A DNA stretch of 64,000 nucleotides, taken from positions 1-64,000 of the IMG/VR virus record IMGVR_UViG_3300045988_149468; one strand, written 5' to 3'. Source of the stretch: a virus. Made by a program: the position numbers and the translations under genes. Of this stretch, positions 8,298 through 17,499 are shown in pieces; positions within the stretch are counted from its first letter, which is position 1; each line of letters begins with the position of its first letter. The notes beneath the pieces were generated by a model. That model was not told the origin of the DNA and did not search any database. It saw only the letters and a program-made list of their open reading frames with translations.

Positions 8298-8550
8298 CAA
8301 TAGTTTATTTTGTATTTTTTATGTTTTTTTTAGTACGTTATAAATACAATTCAAGTATATTAAAAATATCCTTATATTTCAAGTATAAGAGGTCGTTATA
8401 TTCGCATGATTAATTATATTATTATATTTATAATATCCTTCTAGAGCTTAATTGAACGGTTAATAATAAAGGATCAAAATATTAAATAAGTAGATCAACT
8501 ATTAAGATAATAAAAAAAGAAGTTGGAAATTAATCCAACCTCTTTATAAT
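8298..8550. repeat. intergenic promoter/terminator module, copy 2
   Basis: See 7736-7967. Confidence 0.7.
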
Positions 8551-8564
8551 AAAATATTTATATC

Positions 8565-8777
8565 TTAAAAATTAATTGTATCTAATAAATTATCGTTACT
8601 ATCATAAATATTAACTCCTATTATAAAATCACTAAATGATTTATTTTCTTTATATGCTAATATTCTATTTTTAACGCCTTTTAAAGTTTTCAATCTAATA
8701 ATACCTGCATCAATTGTTCCTATTTTTTCAACTAATTTTCCTTTACTATCTTTATAAAATCCATTGTAATAAAACAT
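8565..8777 (-). CDS. hypothetical protein
   Basis: An AGGAGG RBS and the box at 8794-8810 lie upstream. Confidence 0.55.
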   Translation of the reverse strand: MFYYNGFYKDSKGKLVEKIGTIDAGIIRLKTLKGVKNRILAYKENKSFSDFIIGVNIYDSNDNLLDTINF

Positions 8778-8817
8778 AATATAACCTCCTAATTATTAAT
8801 TTATATTTTTGTTACCA

Positions 8818-8886
8818 CCTAAGAGGATAATTATCCTCTTAACGCTTAGGGCTTAAGGTATTGTTTTTAGCTGCCCTAACAACTTA
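8818..8886 (-). ncRNA. conserved two-hairpin RNA element, copy A
   Basis: The hairpins are 8820-8841 (AAGAGGATA/TATCCTCTT) and 8846-8852/8873-8879 (TTAGGGC/GCCCTAA). It is homologous to 11128-11197, with compensatory changes in both stems. Confidence 0.55.
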
Positions 8887-8900
8887 TATATTATAAACTA

Positions 8901-9185
8901 TCATTTCCAATAAACAGCGTATAGCAATTTCCATATTGTTTCTTCTTCTATTGAAATTAATGTATAATATTGAATATTATCCTTTATCCACCAGCCTTTA
9001 ATTTCTTCAGTGTTAACATCAGTTATAATTATAAATTGTTTTCCATTACTTCTGTTATTTTTTCTAAAAAATTTTAAATCATAAGAATTGGAAGGACTTA
9101 ATATATTTAATTCATTTAATTTTTTTATTATTGTACTATTTAAATTTCCTCTTAATTCTTCTTTATTTACTTTTATATTTTTCAT
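8901..9185 (-). CDS. hypothetical protein
   Basis: An RBS and the box at 9201-9217 lie upstream. Confidence 0.55.
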   Translation of the reverse strand: MKNIKVNKEELRGNLNSTIIKKLNELNILSPSNSYDLKFFRKNNRSNGKQFIIITDVNTEEIKGWWIKDNIQYYTLISIEEETIWKLLYAVYWK

Positions 9186-9272
9186 AATATTACCTCCTAA
9201 TTATTAATTTATATTTTTATTACTGAAAAAGGGCTTTTATAGGTTAAACCCTTTAGAACCTTTTATTTTAAG

Positions 9273-9593
9273 TTATAAGCTATAATATAAATTATTTAGA
9301 TAATCTATAGCTGATACAACGTTACTATTTGTTATATTACCATATAAGTCTACAATATCCATTACTTTTAATATTGCTATTTCTCTAAAATCTATATAGT
9401 AAATATTGTTTAAAAAATCTATTGCATTTACAACGTTACTATTTGTTTTTACTCCTATAAAATCAACTATGTACATCAATCCAAGTGTTATTGGATTTTT
9501 GAATGCTATTAATATTACTGTTATTGCTAATGCTACTAATAATATTTTTATTCCTTTGTTTAATCCTTTGAATCTATTTAATAAGTTTTTCAT
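9273..9593 (-). CDS. small membrane protein
   Basis: There is a hydrophobic segment 'GIKILLVALAITVILIAF' and an internal duplication '...NSNVV(N/S)AIDxLNN(I/L)YY'. Confidence 0.5.
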   Translation of the reverse strand: MKNLLNRFKGLNKGIKILLVALAITVILIAFKNPITLGLMYIVDFIGVKTNSNVVNAIDFLNNIYYIDFREIAILKVMDIVDLYGNITNSNVVSAIDYLNNLYYSL

Positions 9594-9662
9594 TTTTAAT
9601 TTATCCCCTTTTATTTTTATATTTAGGGATTTTTTAGAGTTGATCCCCTGACAACTGATTAA

Positions 9663-9797
9663 TTATTTTACTAAATTGAATTTACCATTAAGTTGTTTAG
9701 AATAATTATTACTAACTGATAGATTTTTCTTTAGGTTGATGAATCCTTGTTTTTTAAGATTAATTTTATTTCCTTTTAATAAATTTATTTTTTTCAT
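9663..9797 (-). CDS. small hypothetical protein (44 aa, below the ORF-track cut-off)
   Basis: ATG follows an AGGAGG RBS. The translation is MKKINLLKGNKINLKKQGFINLKKNLSVSNNYSKQLNGKFNLVK. Confidence 0.35.
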   Translation of the reverse strand: MKKINLLKGNKINLKKQGFINLKKNLSVSNNYSKQLNGKFNLVK

Positions 9798-9856
9798 AAT
9801 ATAACCTCCTAAATTTTGTTTATATAGGGATTTATAGATGATCCCTCAACCTTGTA

Positions 9857-10648
9857 TTAATAACTTCTTATTTCTTTTAATGCTAATTTTAAGCCAATTC
9901 TAAGATTTTTATTGTTTTCAATTTCTTCTAATGTTAAATTTAATGCTTCTAAAGTGTCTATTAAATCATATGTTATACAATATTCTTGATTATTTAATTC
10001 ATATTTAAACATATTCTTAGCGAATCTATACCCTTTATATCCGTTGTATAATGTTTTAATTTCAACTTGTTTATTTATATTTATTTGTTTAAAGTCTTCT
10101 ATATCAGATTTTCTTATAAAATAACCTGGTATTATTTGTTTTAAATCATTAATAGAATTAACGTTTAAATCTGATAGTTTTTCTTCTACTGATTTTTTAC
10201 TAAATGCTACTATGCAAGGAAAATCGTTTATTTGTTTTTGATATTTTTCTTTTACTTCTTTATATGCTGTTCTTGTTATTTTTTCAAATTCTTTTATAAT
10301 TTGTTCTTGTTCGTCGAATAAATCAAGCCCGTTTATATTTATTAAAGGTATATTCAAAGTTTTTGATAATTTATAAGCTATTAAATAACTTTCATGTTGA
10401 TTATCAGCTCCAGCATATAAACCATTTACTATTTTATTTTTATATTTGTTATTTATTACTATTGAACCTATGCAATTTTTATCAGCTGAATTAACTAATA
10501 ATGCTATTGTTTTTTCTTCAGATTCTTTTATATTATTTAATACTCTATCGAAATATTTTTCACCTTCTAAAGATTCATATTCTTTTTTAAGTTCTTCAGC
10601 ATTTAACCCTTCTACTAATTGATTCATATTGTTTAATAATTCCATCAT
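9857..10648 (-). CDS. hypothetical protein (263 aa)
   Basis: An RBS and the box at 10664-10680 lie upstream. I can name no domain. Confidence 0.55.
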   Translation of the reverse strand: MMELLNNMNQLVEGLNAEELKKEYESLEGEKYFDRVLNNIKESEEKTIALLVNSADKNCIGSIVINNKYKNKIVNGLYAGADNQHESYLIAYKLSKTLNIPLININGLDLFDEQEQIIKEFEKITRTAYKEVKEKYQKQINDFPCIVAFSKKSVEEKLSDLNVNSINDLKQIIPGYFIRKSDIEDFKQININKQVEIKTLYNGYKGYRFAKNMFKYELNNQEYCITYDLIDTLEALNLTLEEIENNKNLRIGLKLALKEIRSY

Positions 10649-10737
10649 TTTTACCCCTCCTGTTATTAATTTATATATTGGAGTTTTTAAAAGGAACTCC
10701 TAAACCTTTATTACTTATAATATGTTATCTAAATTGT

Positions 10738-10971
10738 TTATTTTTCAAGTTCTTCTATATAATAACTTGGATATTTGCCTAACTCATTATTGCAGTTATA
10801 ATATGAAAAAATATTTATTTCTTTTTCAAGTCCTTCTATAGAGTCTACAGTTGTTTGATGTGGTTGTATCCATATATTATTTATATTTGTTTTACAAGGT
10901 AGCATATAAACTGTAATATAACCTTGTTTTCTTATTATTGATTTTATAGTATTTTTAGTAACTTTTTTCAT
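10738..10971 (-). CDS. hypothetical protein
   Basis: A promoter (TTGACA on the minus strand at about 11035), the box at 10987-11003 and an RBS precede it. Confidence 0.55.
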   Translation of the reverse strand: MKKVTKNTIKSIIRKQGYITVYMLPCKTNINNIWIQPHQTTVDSIEGLEKEINIFSYYNCNNELGKYPSYYIEELEK

Positions 10972-11127
10972 TTTATTTCCCTCCTGTTATTAATTTATAT
11001 TTATATTGTATATTAATTAATGTTATTTGTCAACTACTTTTTATGTATTTACTATGTTTTTTTATTAACTTGTATCAGGTAAGATCAGATACTAATTAAT
11101 ATTTTGTAGGTTGATTTGATTTGCTAA

Positions 11128-11197
11128 CCTAAGGGAATTAAATATTCCCTTAACGCTTTGGGCTTAATAGCCTTTTTAGAGTTGCCCAAACAACTTA
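11128..11197 (-). ncRNA. conserved two-hairpin RNA element, copy B
   Basis: The hairpins are 11130-11152 (AAGGGAAT/ATTCCCTT) and 11157-11163/11184-11190 (TTTGGGC/GCCCAAA). See copy A. Confidence 0.55.
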
Positions 11198-11362
11198 TTT
11201 CATCAATGATATATATGTTTTATTTTGATCTAATATATCTTTGTATTTTCTATATTCATCTTTAAAGAATATTGATTTAAACCCATATGTTAACCCTGTA
11301 ATTATAGTTCTTTGTGCTTGTAATGCTTCTTTATTTCTTAATTCAAAATATTTGTTGTTCAT
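11195..11362 (-). CDS. small hypothetical protein (55 aa, below the ORF-track cut-off)
   Basis: ATG follows an AGGAGG RBS. The translation is MNNKYFELRNKEALQAQRTIITGLTYGFKS... and the stop lies inside element B. Confidence 0.4.
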   Translation of the reverse strand: MNNKYFELRNKEALQAQRTIITGLTYGFKSIFFKDEYRKYKDILDQNKTYISLMK

Positions 11363-11399
11363 AACTGAACCTCCTTAATTTTTATTATTTAATTTTATA

Positions 11400-13560
11400 T
11401 TTATATTATAGTCAGTTATATTAATTAATGCAAGTCGATTATAGTTTATTTATTTAAGTTATTATAATAATTTTGTTTAATTAAGCATGGTATATTTTAA
11501 GTTATCTTTTATTAATTATTGTAATTATATTAATTTACTTTATTAATTAATGAATATAGCATATTTTTAATTTTTTTATATTTATTTTTATAGATTATAT
11601 ATAGTAGATACAAATTAATTTTTATAGTTAGTAAAAACATACTTAACTCATTGCAATAACTTAATCATAAGTGTATTAATTAGATAGGTTATTTTGTAGG
11701 ATTAAGTATTAATAATTTGTATCTACTAATTAAGTTATTGTATATACTTACATATAATAAGTAATACGTTTCTATGTTATGTAATAGTGTTATATAAGAT
11801 TATAATAGTAGTATTACTATATTAGTGTATAGTTCTATTATCTGCATTAGTTGTTATATAAGAGTATGCGTTATGCTATTAGTTATCGTATAGTAATACT
11901 GTTATCATGTTATCTATTATTATATATATTGTTATTATGCTATCTGTATTAGTAGTTATTATATGTTATGTGAGAGTATTGTATAAGGTTATATAGTATA
12001 ATCTAATAAGTATCTTATATAGTAGTAGATTATATATCGTTTATAGTATTGCTGGATTAATATAGATATAATTTAATATACTTTTTTAATAGAAAAATTT
12101 TTATAATTTATTTTTTATTTTCTTTTTTTATATTATTGGATCAATAATATATTATGATTTATATTTGTACATTTGGAATAGGATTATATTTCTTTTTTTA
12201 ATAGTTATGTTAATATTCTATTATAAGTTGATTATCTTATAGCCTATTATATTTTTGTTCCAGATATATTTTTCTTGGTGGTATGATTTAATATACTTTA
12301 AGATTAAGAAAAGGATTAATTATTATTTATAGATATAATTTATTAATTTGTGTATTATTTATAGATTATAATTATAATAGCTTATATTGGCGTATAGAAG
12401 ATATTTTGACTATATTGCATTAAGGATAAATTATATTAGAATGTTTTTGTAACGTCTTATATTGGCGTATAGAAAGCCTGTTATATTGCAGCATCTAATA
12501 TTGTTATTATATATTGGTATATTAGGGATTATATTATTATCTGTTATTATTTTCCTTCTATTATATATAGTGTATCTGTATCATGCTATTAGTTATATAT
12601 TGTTATGTTAGTATGTATTGTTATTATGTTTTATTCTTTTATTATTTTTTTTATTTATTGAATGTCATAACAAGTATAATAGCGCATTAGAGAATATCAT
12701 AATATCAATATTGATCCTTTTATTGCCAACTAGAAAAAAATGTATTGCTATGATATTTTATTATTTTGTCATTGTTGTTATTAATTTATTTTTAATTATA
12801 TTGTTTATATATATTATTTTGTTATATTGTATTTGTTGTTATATATATTATTATATGTATTATTGTTAATTCTTTTTTCTATACACAAAATTTTTTTCAA
12901 TAACCTACAATAATTATTTTTCTATAGTATTAGTTTCAAAATATTACTCCCTCTTTTTTAGCTTCTTATTTTTTCAAATTCTAACAAGCTTCTTTTTAAG
13001 ATCACCCGTAAAGCATTCACCTATGGATTACATTTATTAATATATACGTTAATAAATGCAGGGGAGGTATTTTTATAATTTTACCTGTATTTTTTGTTGA
13101 AAATTATTTTAGTTGTTCATAATACACATATTTTCAAAAATACCATTCAAACATAACACGTACCACCTTCAAATTGTGTTTGTTTATTTAAAATACAACA
13201 TAAATAATTTTCAACAAAATAAAATTATCAATATAATAAAACAATTAAAACATTGAAATTCCAATATTCTTAAACTGTTATCAAGCATCAAACACATAAA
13301 TTTTATTTTAACTCAATAATATCCTAATATTTCAATAATCCAAAGTTGTGTAAAAGTGTAAATATTAATTCTAATTGATTATTTTTTGATATTGTTTTAA
13401 ATTTATTAAAATATCAATAGTAAATTCAAATAATATATTTATAAAAAGTGGTAAATGAAAATTAGCATATTTGATGTTAAAATGATGTTATTATGACATT
13501 ATAATTTATTAAATATGGTGCAAAATATAAAGATAACGTTAAAATAACAGTAAAATAAAG
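11400..13560. other. ~2.2-kb ORF-free, repeat-laden region between the leftward early operon and parMR
   Basis: It contains no credible ORF. Long stretches are built from TAT/GTT/TAG words with very few C on the plus strand (about 11750-12060 and 12480-12870). Several direct and inverted repeats are described in the findings. Confidence 0.7.
11602..11728. repeat. nested inverted repeat (potential ~130-bp cruciform or hairpin)
   Basis: TAGTAGATACAAATTA (11602-11617) pairs with TAATTTGTATCTACTA (11713-11728). An inner ACTTAATC/GATTAAGT pair lies between them. Confidence 0.6.
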
Positions 13561-13589
13561 TTGTATTTTTATAAAATCTATGCTACAAT
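13561..13589 (+). promoter_or_regulatory. putative parMR promoter
   Basis: TTGTAT at 13561-13566, a 17-nt spacer, TACAAT at 13584-13589. G(T)TAAA(A)T-type short repeats lie upstream at 13449-13545 and are a possible parC. Confidence 0.45.
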
Positions 13590-13608
13590 ATTATTGAGGT
13601 GATATAAA

Positions 13609-14466
13609 ATGATTAATTTACAAATTGACTTAGGTCATTACAATATAAAGACTAATGTAGGAATTGTATTTAAAAGTACATTTAAAAAAGGTAAAGAAAT
13701 AAATCCATTTGGTGAAGACATAATTTATATTGAAAATGAATATTACACAATGGAAAAAGGATCATTTGATAATACTAATAACAAAGCTTTAAAGAATTAT
13801 AAACCAAATTTATGTTATGCTATAGCTAAATCCATTGACACTACTGAAGCTGATATTAATTTAATGTTAGGTATTCCATTGGATTCTTTAGGTGCATTTG
13901 ATTTATTTAAAGAAGAATTATTACATCAAACATTAGAATTTGAATATAATAAAATTCCATATAGAATATATATTAATGATATTAAAGCTGTTGGGGAAGG
14001 TATTTCAAGTTATTATACTTTATCAGAGAAACAAAGAAGTGAAGATTTATTAATAGTAGATATAGGTGGTAGAACTACCAATGTTGTTACTTTTGAAAAG
14101 GGTAAACTAACTCATAAATTTACTATTCCACTTGGTACAATACATCTATTTAGTAGGATTGGAACTAGATTTAATAATGATGAAGGATCTAATAAGGTTG
14201 TAGAAGAAATAGAAAGATTAATTGATAATGGATATATTAAGAATACTGAAATAGAAGAAAAACAATTTTTAAATGATATAATGAATTATATAGAAGGTAA
14301 GGTAGATAGAAGAACATATAAGAATTATTATACTGGGGGAGGTAGTTTAAGACTTAAAAGATTAATAGAAGAGTATTTAAGTCCTTCTGGTATAGTAATG
14401 GATAATCCTTTGTTTACTAATGTAAAAGGTAATGAAATAATAGCTAATATGATTTGGAGAGATTAA
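13609..14466 (+). CDS. parM: ParM/Alp-family actin-like plasmid segregation ATPase
   Basis: The actin-fold phosphate motifs are 'QIDLGHYNIK' and 'LLIVDIGGRTTNVV', with 'YYTGGGS' near the C-terminus. A small DNA-binding gene follows immediately. Confidence 0.8.
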   Translation: MINLQIDLGHYNIKTNVGIVFKSTFKKGKEINPFGEDIIYIENEYYTMEKGSFDNTNNKALKNYKPNLCYAIAKSIDTTEADINLMLGIPLDSLGAFDLFKEELLHQTLEFEYNKIPYRIYINDIKAVGEGISSYYTLSEKQRSEDLLIVDIGGRTTNVVTFEKGKLTHKFTIPLGTIHLFSRIGTRFNNDEGSNKVVEEIERLIDNGYIKNTEIEEKQFLNDIMNYIEGKVDRRTYKNYYTGGGSLRLKRLIEEYLSPSGIVMDNPLFTNVKGNEIIANMIWRD

Positions 14467-14467
14467 T

Positions 14468-14692
14468 ATGACTAATAAAAAAAGAGTTAGTTTGTATTTA
14501 AATATTGATAATCCAAAAGAAAAAGAAATATGGGATTTTCTTGAATCATATGGTAAGAAGAATGAATGTATTAGAAATGCATTATACCAATATATGATTA
14601 ATGGGGATATAAAATATATTAAACCTAAAGAAGATAATAAATTAAATAAAAAAGAAACAGATTACATGTTAAATAATATAATAATAGGATAA
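14468..14692 (+). CDS. parR: ParR-like small centromere-binding protein (ribbon-helix-helix type)
   Basis: It is 74 aa and its start abuts the parM stop. The N-terminus 'KRVSLYLNIDNPKEKEIWDFL' is RHH-like. Confidence 0.6.
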   Translation: MTNKKRVSLYLNIDNPKEKEIWDFLESYGKKNECIRNALYQYMINGDIKYIKPKEDNKLNKKETDYMLNNIIIG

Positions 14693-14829
14693 TATTTATG
14701 GAGTGATTAAATTCACTCCTATTTTTTATGGTTTAAAATTCTATAAATATGGTAATAATATAAATATATTGACACATTTCTTTTTATGTGTTATAATGTT
14801 AATATATTAATTAATAAGGGGTTGATATT

Positions 14830-15634
14830 ATGTTACCAGTATTTAATGATTATATATTTTTTTTAAAAGAAAAAAATAAAGAATTAGATTTTCTAAAAGA
14901 GGGTATTTATTGGTATGATAGAAGCATCATAAAAGCTTTTGATAAAAAGGGAAACATTATAAAAATAGCAAGATTAAAAATAGATGATGATTTAAATTTA
15001 GAAATTAAAAAATATAAAAATAAAAATATGGAATTGGAAACATGGGAAGACACAATAAATAGAAATTTAAATCATTTAAATGATTTAGAAAAGAAATCAA
15101 AAGAAACAATTCATAAATATTTAAATATATATTTAGATAGTAAAATAGCAATTTTAAGTTCTGGAGGAAAAGATAGTTCAGTTACAACTTATTTAGTTAA
15201 ACAATGTTTTAATAATCCAAAAATAATATTTAACAATACTTCATTAGATTGTGTGGATACATATAGACATATTAAAAAAGAAAATAATTTAATCATAATA
15301 AATCCAAAAGAAGGATTTTATCAATGGAGAAAAAGATTAAATTTTGTGCCTACTAGATTTGCTAGAGCTTGTTGCAATATATTCAAAGAAGGTGCGATGA
15401 TAGATTATTTAGATAAAAACGATAAATATTTATTCTTTATGGGTATGAGAAATCAAGAATCTGCTAAACGTTCTAATTACACAGATGAATGGAAAAATGA
15501 TAAATGGAAAGGCAGGGAATGGAATGCGATATTGCCTATTAGAGAATGGTCAGAATTAGATGTGTGGTTATATATATTAAAGAATGATATTGATATAAAC
15601 CCTAAATATAAAAAAGGTTATAGTAGAGTTGGGT
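14830..15634 (+). CDS. PAPS-reductase-like (PP-loop ATPase) protein, exon 1
   Basis: The PP-loop 'ILSSGGKDSS' and the 'ARACCNIF' Cys pair are present. The frame runs into intron sequence after 'GYSRVG'. The track ORF 14830..15645 ends at an intron-borne stop. Confidence 0.75.
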
Positions 15635-15993
15635 GGACAAAATAAACGCCCCCTTATATAGTGATATACATTGAATAACATGGTGAACGTGTTTTATCAG
15701 CACGGTGTGTATTCTACGATTAGGAGTTATAGGAAATGATAACTAGAGAATACGCTAACAGGGAAGCCTAAGTCAAAAGATATGGTAATCCTGTGGTAAG
15801 GCTTTTGAAAAAAATATATTATAAGTTATTGTTTTTATTATAAAATATGGAAAGAATATAGAGAATTTCAAAAGCAAACTCAAACGACTATCCTGAGAGG
15901 GAGTAGGATGGAGATTGATACCATCCGAAGTGCCATGAATCTCTTATGAGATTATGATATAGTCTATACCATTGGAAACAATGGAGGAATATG
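15635..15993 (+). ncRNA. group I intron (no ORF) in the PAPS-reductase-like gene
   Basis: P1 pairs exon GGGT(15631-15634) with GCCC (15648-15651), giving a terminal U-G. Core strings are CCTAAGTCAA (15767-15776), ACGACTA (15884-15890) and GATATAGTC (15956-15964). A CCATTG-GAAA-CAATGG hairpin and a terminal G (15993) follow. Confidence 0.75.
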
Positions 15994-16445
15994 GTGCTAT
16001 AGCTTGTCCTTATTATACTAAATCAACTTGGATATTAGATGAATATTGGTATCCTAAAATGTACGACAGATGGCATAAAATATTGACTGAAGATTTTATA
16101 AGTAATAATAAAGACATAATAATGAATTGCACTGAAAAAGAATACCATATGTGTTGGAATGGTGGTAAATTAAGAGATGAACCCACACAAGAAGTAATTG
16201 AGCAATTCGCAGAGAGAGAGAAAGTAAATGTTAATGTAGCTAAAAATTATTTTAGTCATACTTGTAAGGAGTGTAGTAAGAAAATAAAAGATAAAAACAC
16301 ATTAGCGATGAATATGAAATTTAATGGTAGGAATATACAAGATATGTATTGTAAAAAACATTTAAAAGAAAAGTTAAATTTAACAGAAGATGATTGGGAT
16401 AATTATATAAAACAATTTAAAAATCAAGGTTGTGAATTATTTTAA
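15994..16445 (+). CDS. PAPS-reductase-like protein, exon 2
   Basis: The predicted junction reads ...GYSRVG-C-AIACPYYTKSTW, restoring a Cys-containing motif. The C-terminal region is Cys-rich (CKECSKK..., CKKH). Confidence 0.7.
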
Positions 16446-16470
16446 TTTATATTAATCACAACAATTAATA

Positions 16471-16500
16471 AGAGGTGATTAATTCCACCTCTTATTTTTT
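16471..16500. terminator. bidirectional terminator between convergent genes
   Basis: The stem AGAGGTG/CACCTCT is flanked by A/T runs. Confidence 0.6.
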
Positions 16501-17472
16501 TTATTTACCTAATAGTTCATTTACTTCTAATTCAATATAATATTGCAATTTATTTTCCATTGTCTTTTTAAAATAATTATAAGAACGATTACCAATGATT
16601 GTTATATTATCTTTATCTAATGTTATTGAAACTGAATCATAAAACGCTTTAGTAAAGAAATCATCATTATAATTAGATTTGTATATTTCAAAATCTTTAT
16701 CAAACAATAATTTAGTTCCTTGAGTAAAATAATCTTCTATTGATGTTGTATTTTTTATTTCTTTCTTTTCAAAATACTTTCTTTTGTCTAAGTCTTTAAC
16801 ATCAAATATTATATCTGTTACTGTACGTCCAGTTTTCTTAGTTGTAAAATCTATTTCAAACATACCAGTGCTATTTAAAGTGTTAACAGAGGGCGTTATT
16901 ATATTCCTTTGAAAATCAGCATAATTCTTATATTTATCTTCTACCATCATTAATTCTTTTAATTCAGCAACTGAATATGTTATTATTTTTTTAGAATTAC
17001 TCCATAATCTTAATAGATCATACATTCTTTGAGCATAAATTGATTTTAAAGATAGAAATATGCTTAAATTGATTGGGGTATATCCTATTTTTAAATAGTT
17101 TGTTAGAAGCTCATATACTCTATTAGAACAATTCATTTTAAAATAATCATATTCTTCATCATATTCAACACCAGATATAATATTATATTTCCCCCATATT
17201 GAGTATTTAGAATTAGCTTTAACTTCTCTAAAGTAAATAGATTTATCGCTTAAATCATCTAATATTTTGTTCATAGCTTTGATAGAATGATTAGACTTTT
17301 TATTAATTATACTTTTTAGTTCATTTCTAGTTAATATACAAGTCATATCACCATTATTATCTTTCTGTAATTTATATAATATAACCATAAATATTCTCGA
17401 TTGTATTAGTGTTAAATTATATTTAGCCTTTATCAAGTGATTATTTTTCATTAATATTTTGTCATTATCCAT
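16501..17472 (-). CDS. Rep_3-type (RepB-like) theta-replication initiator
   Basis: The N-terminus 'NHLIKAKYNLTLIQSRIFMVILYKLQ' is typical of iteron-binding Rep_3 initiators. Iterons lie directly upstream. Confidence 0.8.
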   Translation of the reverse strand: MDNDKILMKNNHLIKAKYNLTLIQSRIFMVILYKLQKDNNGDMTCILTRNELKSIINKKSNHSIKAMNKILDDLSDKSIYFREVKANSKYSIWGKYNIISGVEYDEEYDYFKMNCSNRVYELLTNYLKIGYTPINLSIFLSLKSIYAQRMYDLLRLWSNSKKIITYSVAELKELMMVEDKYKNYADFQRNIITPSVNTLNSTGMFEIDFTTKKTGRTVTDIIFDVKDLDKRKYFEKKEIKNTTSIEDYFTQGTKLLFDKDFEIYKSNYNDDFFTKAFYDSVSITLDKDNITIIGNRSYNYFKKTMENKLQYYIELEVNELLGK

Positions 17473-17499
17473 ATATTGTCCTCCTTTACATATATTATA

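Noticed and set aside
12618-12869. An 83-aa ORF in the non-coding region
   Set aside because: Its translation is pure I/L/F/Y/C low complexity. It has no RBS and sits in the TAT/GTT word-repeat DNA, so it is a composition artefact.
11500-12900. A possible CRISPR array or other regular tandem repeat in the ORF-free region
   Set aside because: I see no fixed-length repeat alternating with unique spacers. The repeats are short words with irregular spacing, and no cas genes are present in the window.
13058-13100. A terminator defining a small RNA that contains the 13031-13058 palindrome
   Set aside because: The stem is only 5 bp (AGGTA/TACCT) with a 12-nt loop, and I cannot place a convincing promoter. 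It is too weak to call without expression data.
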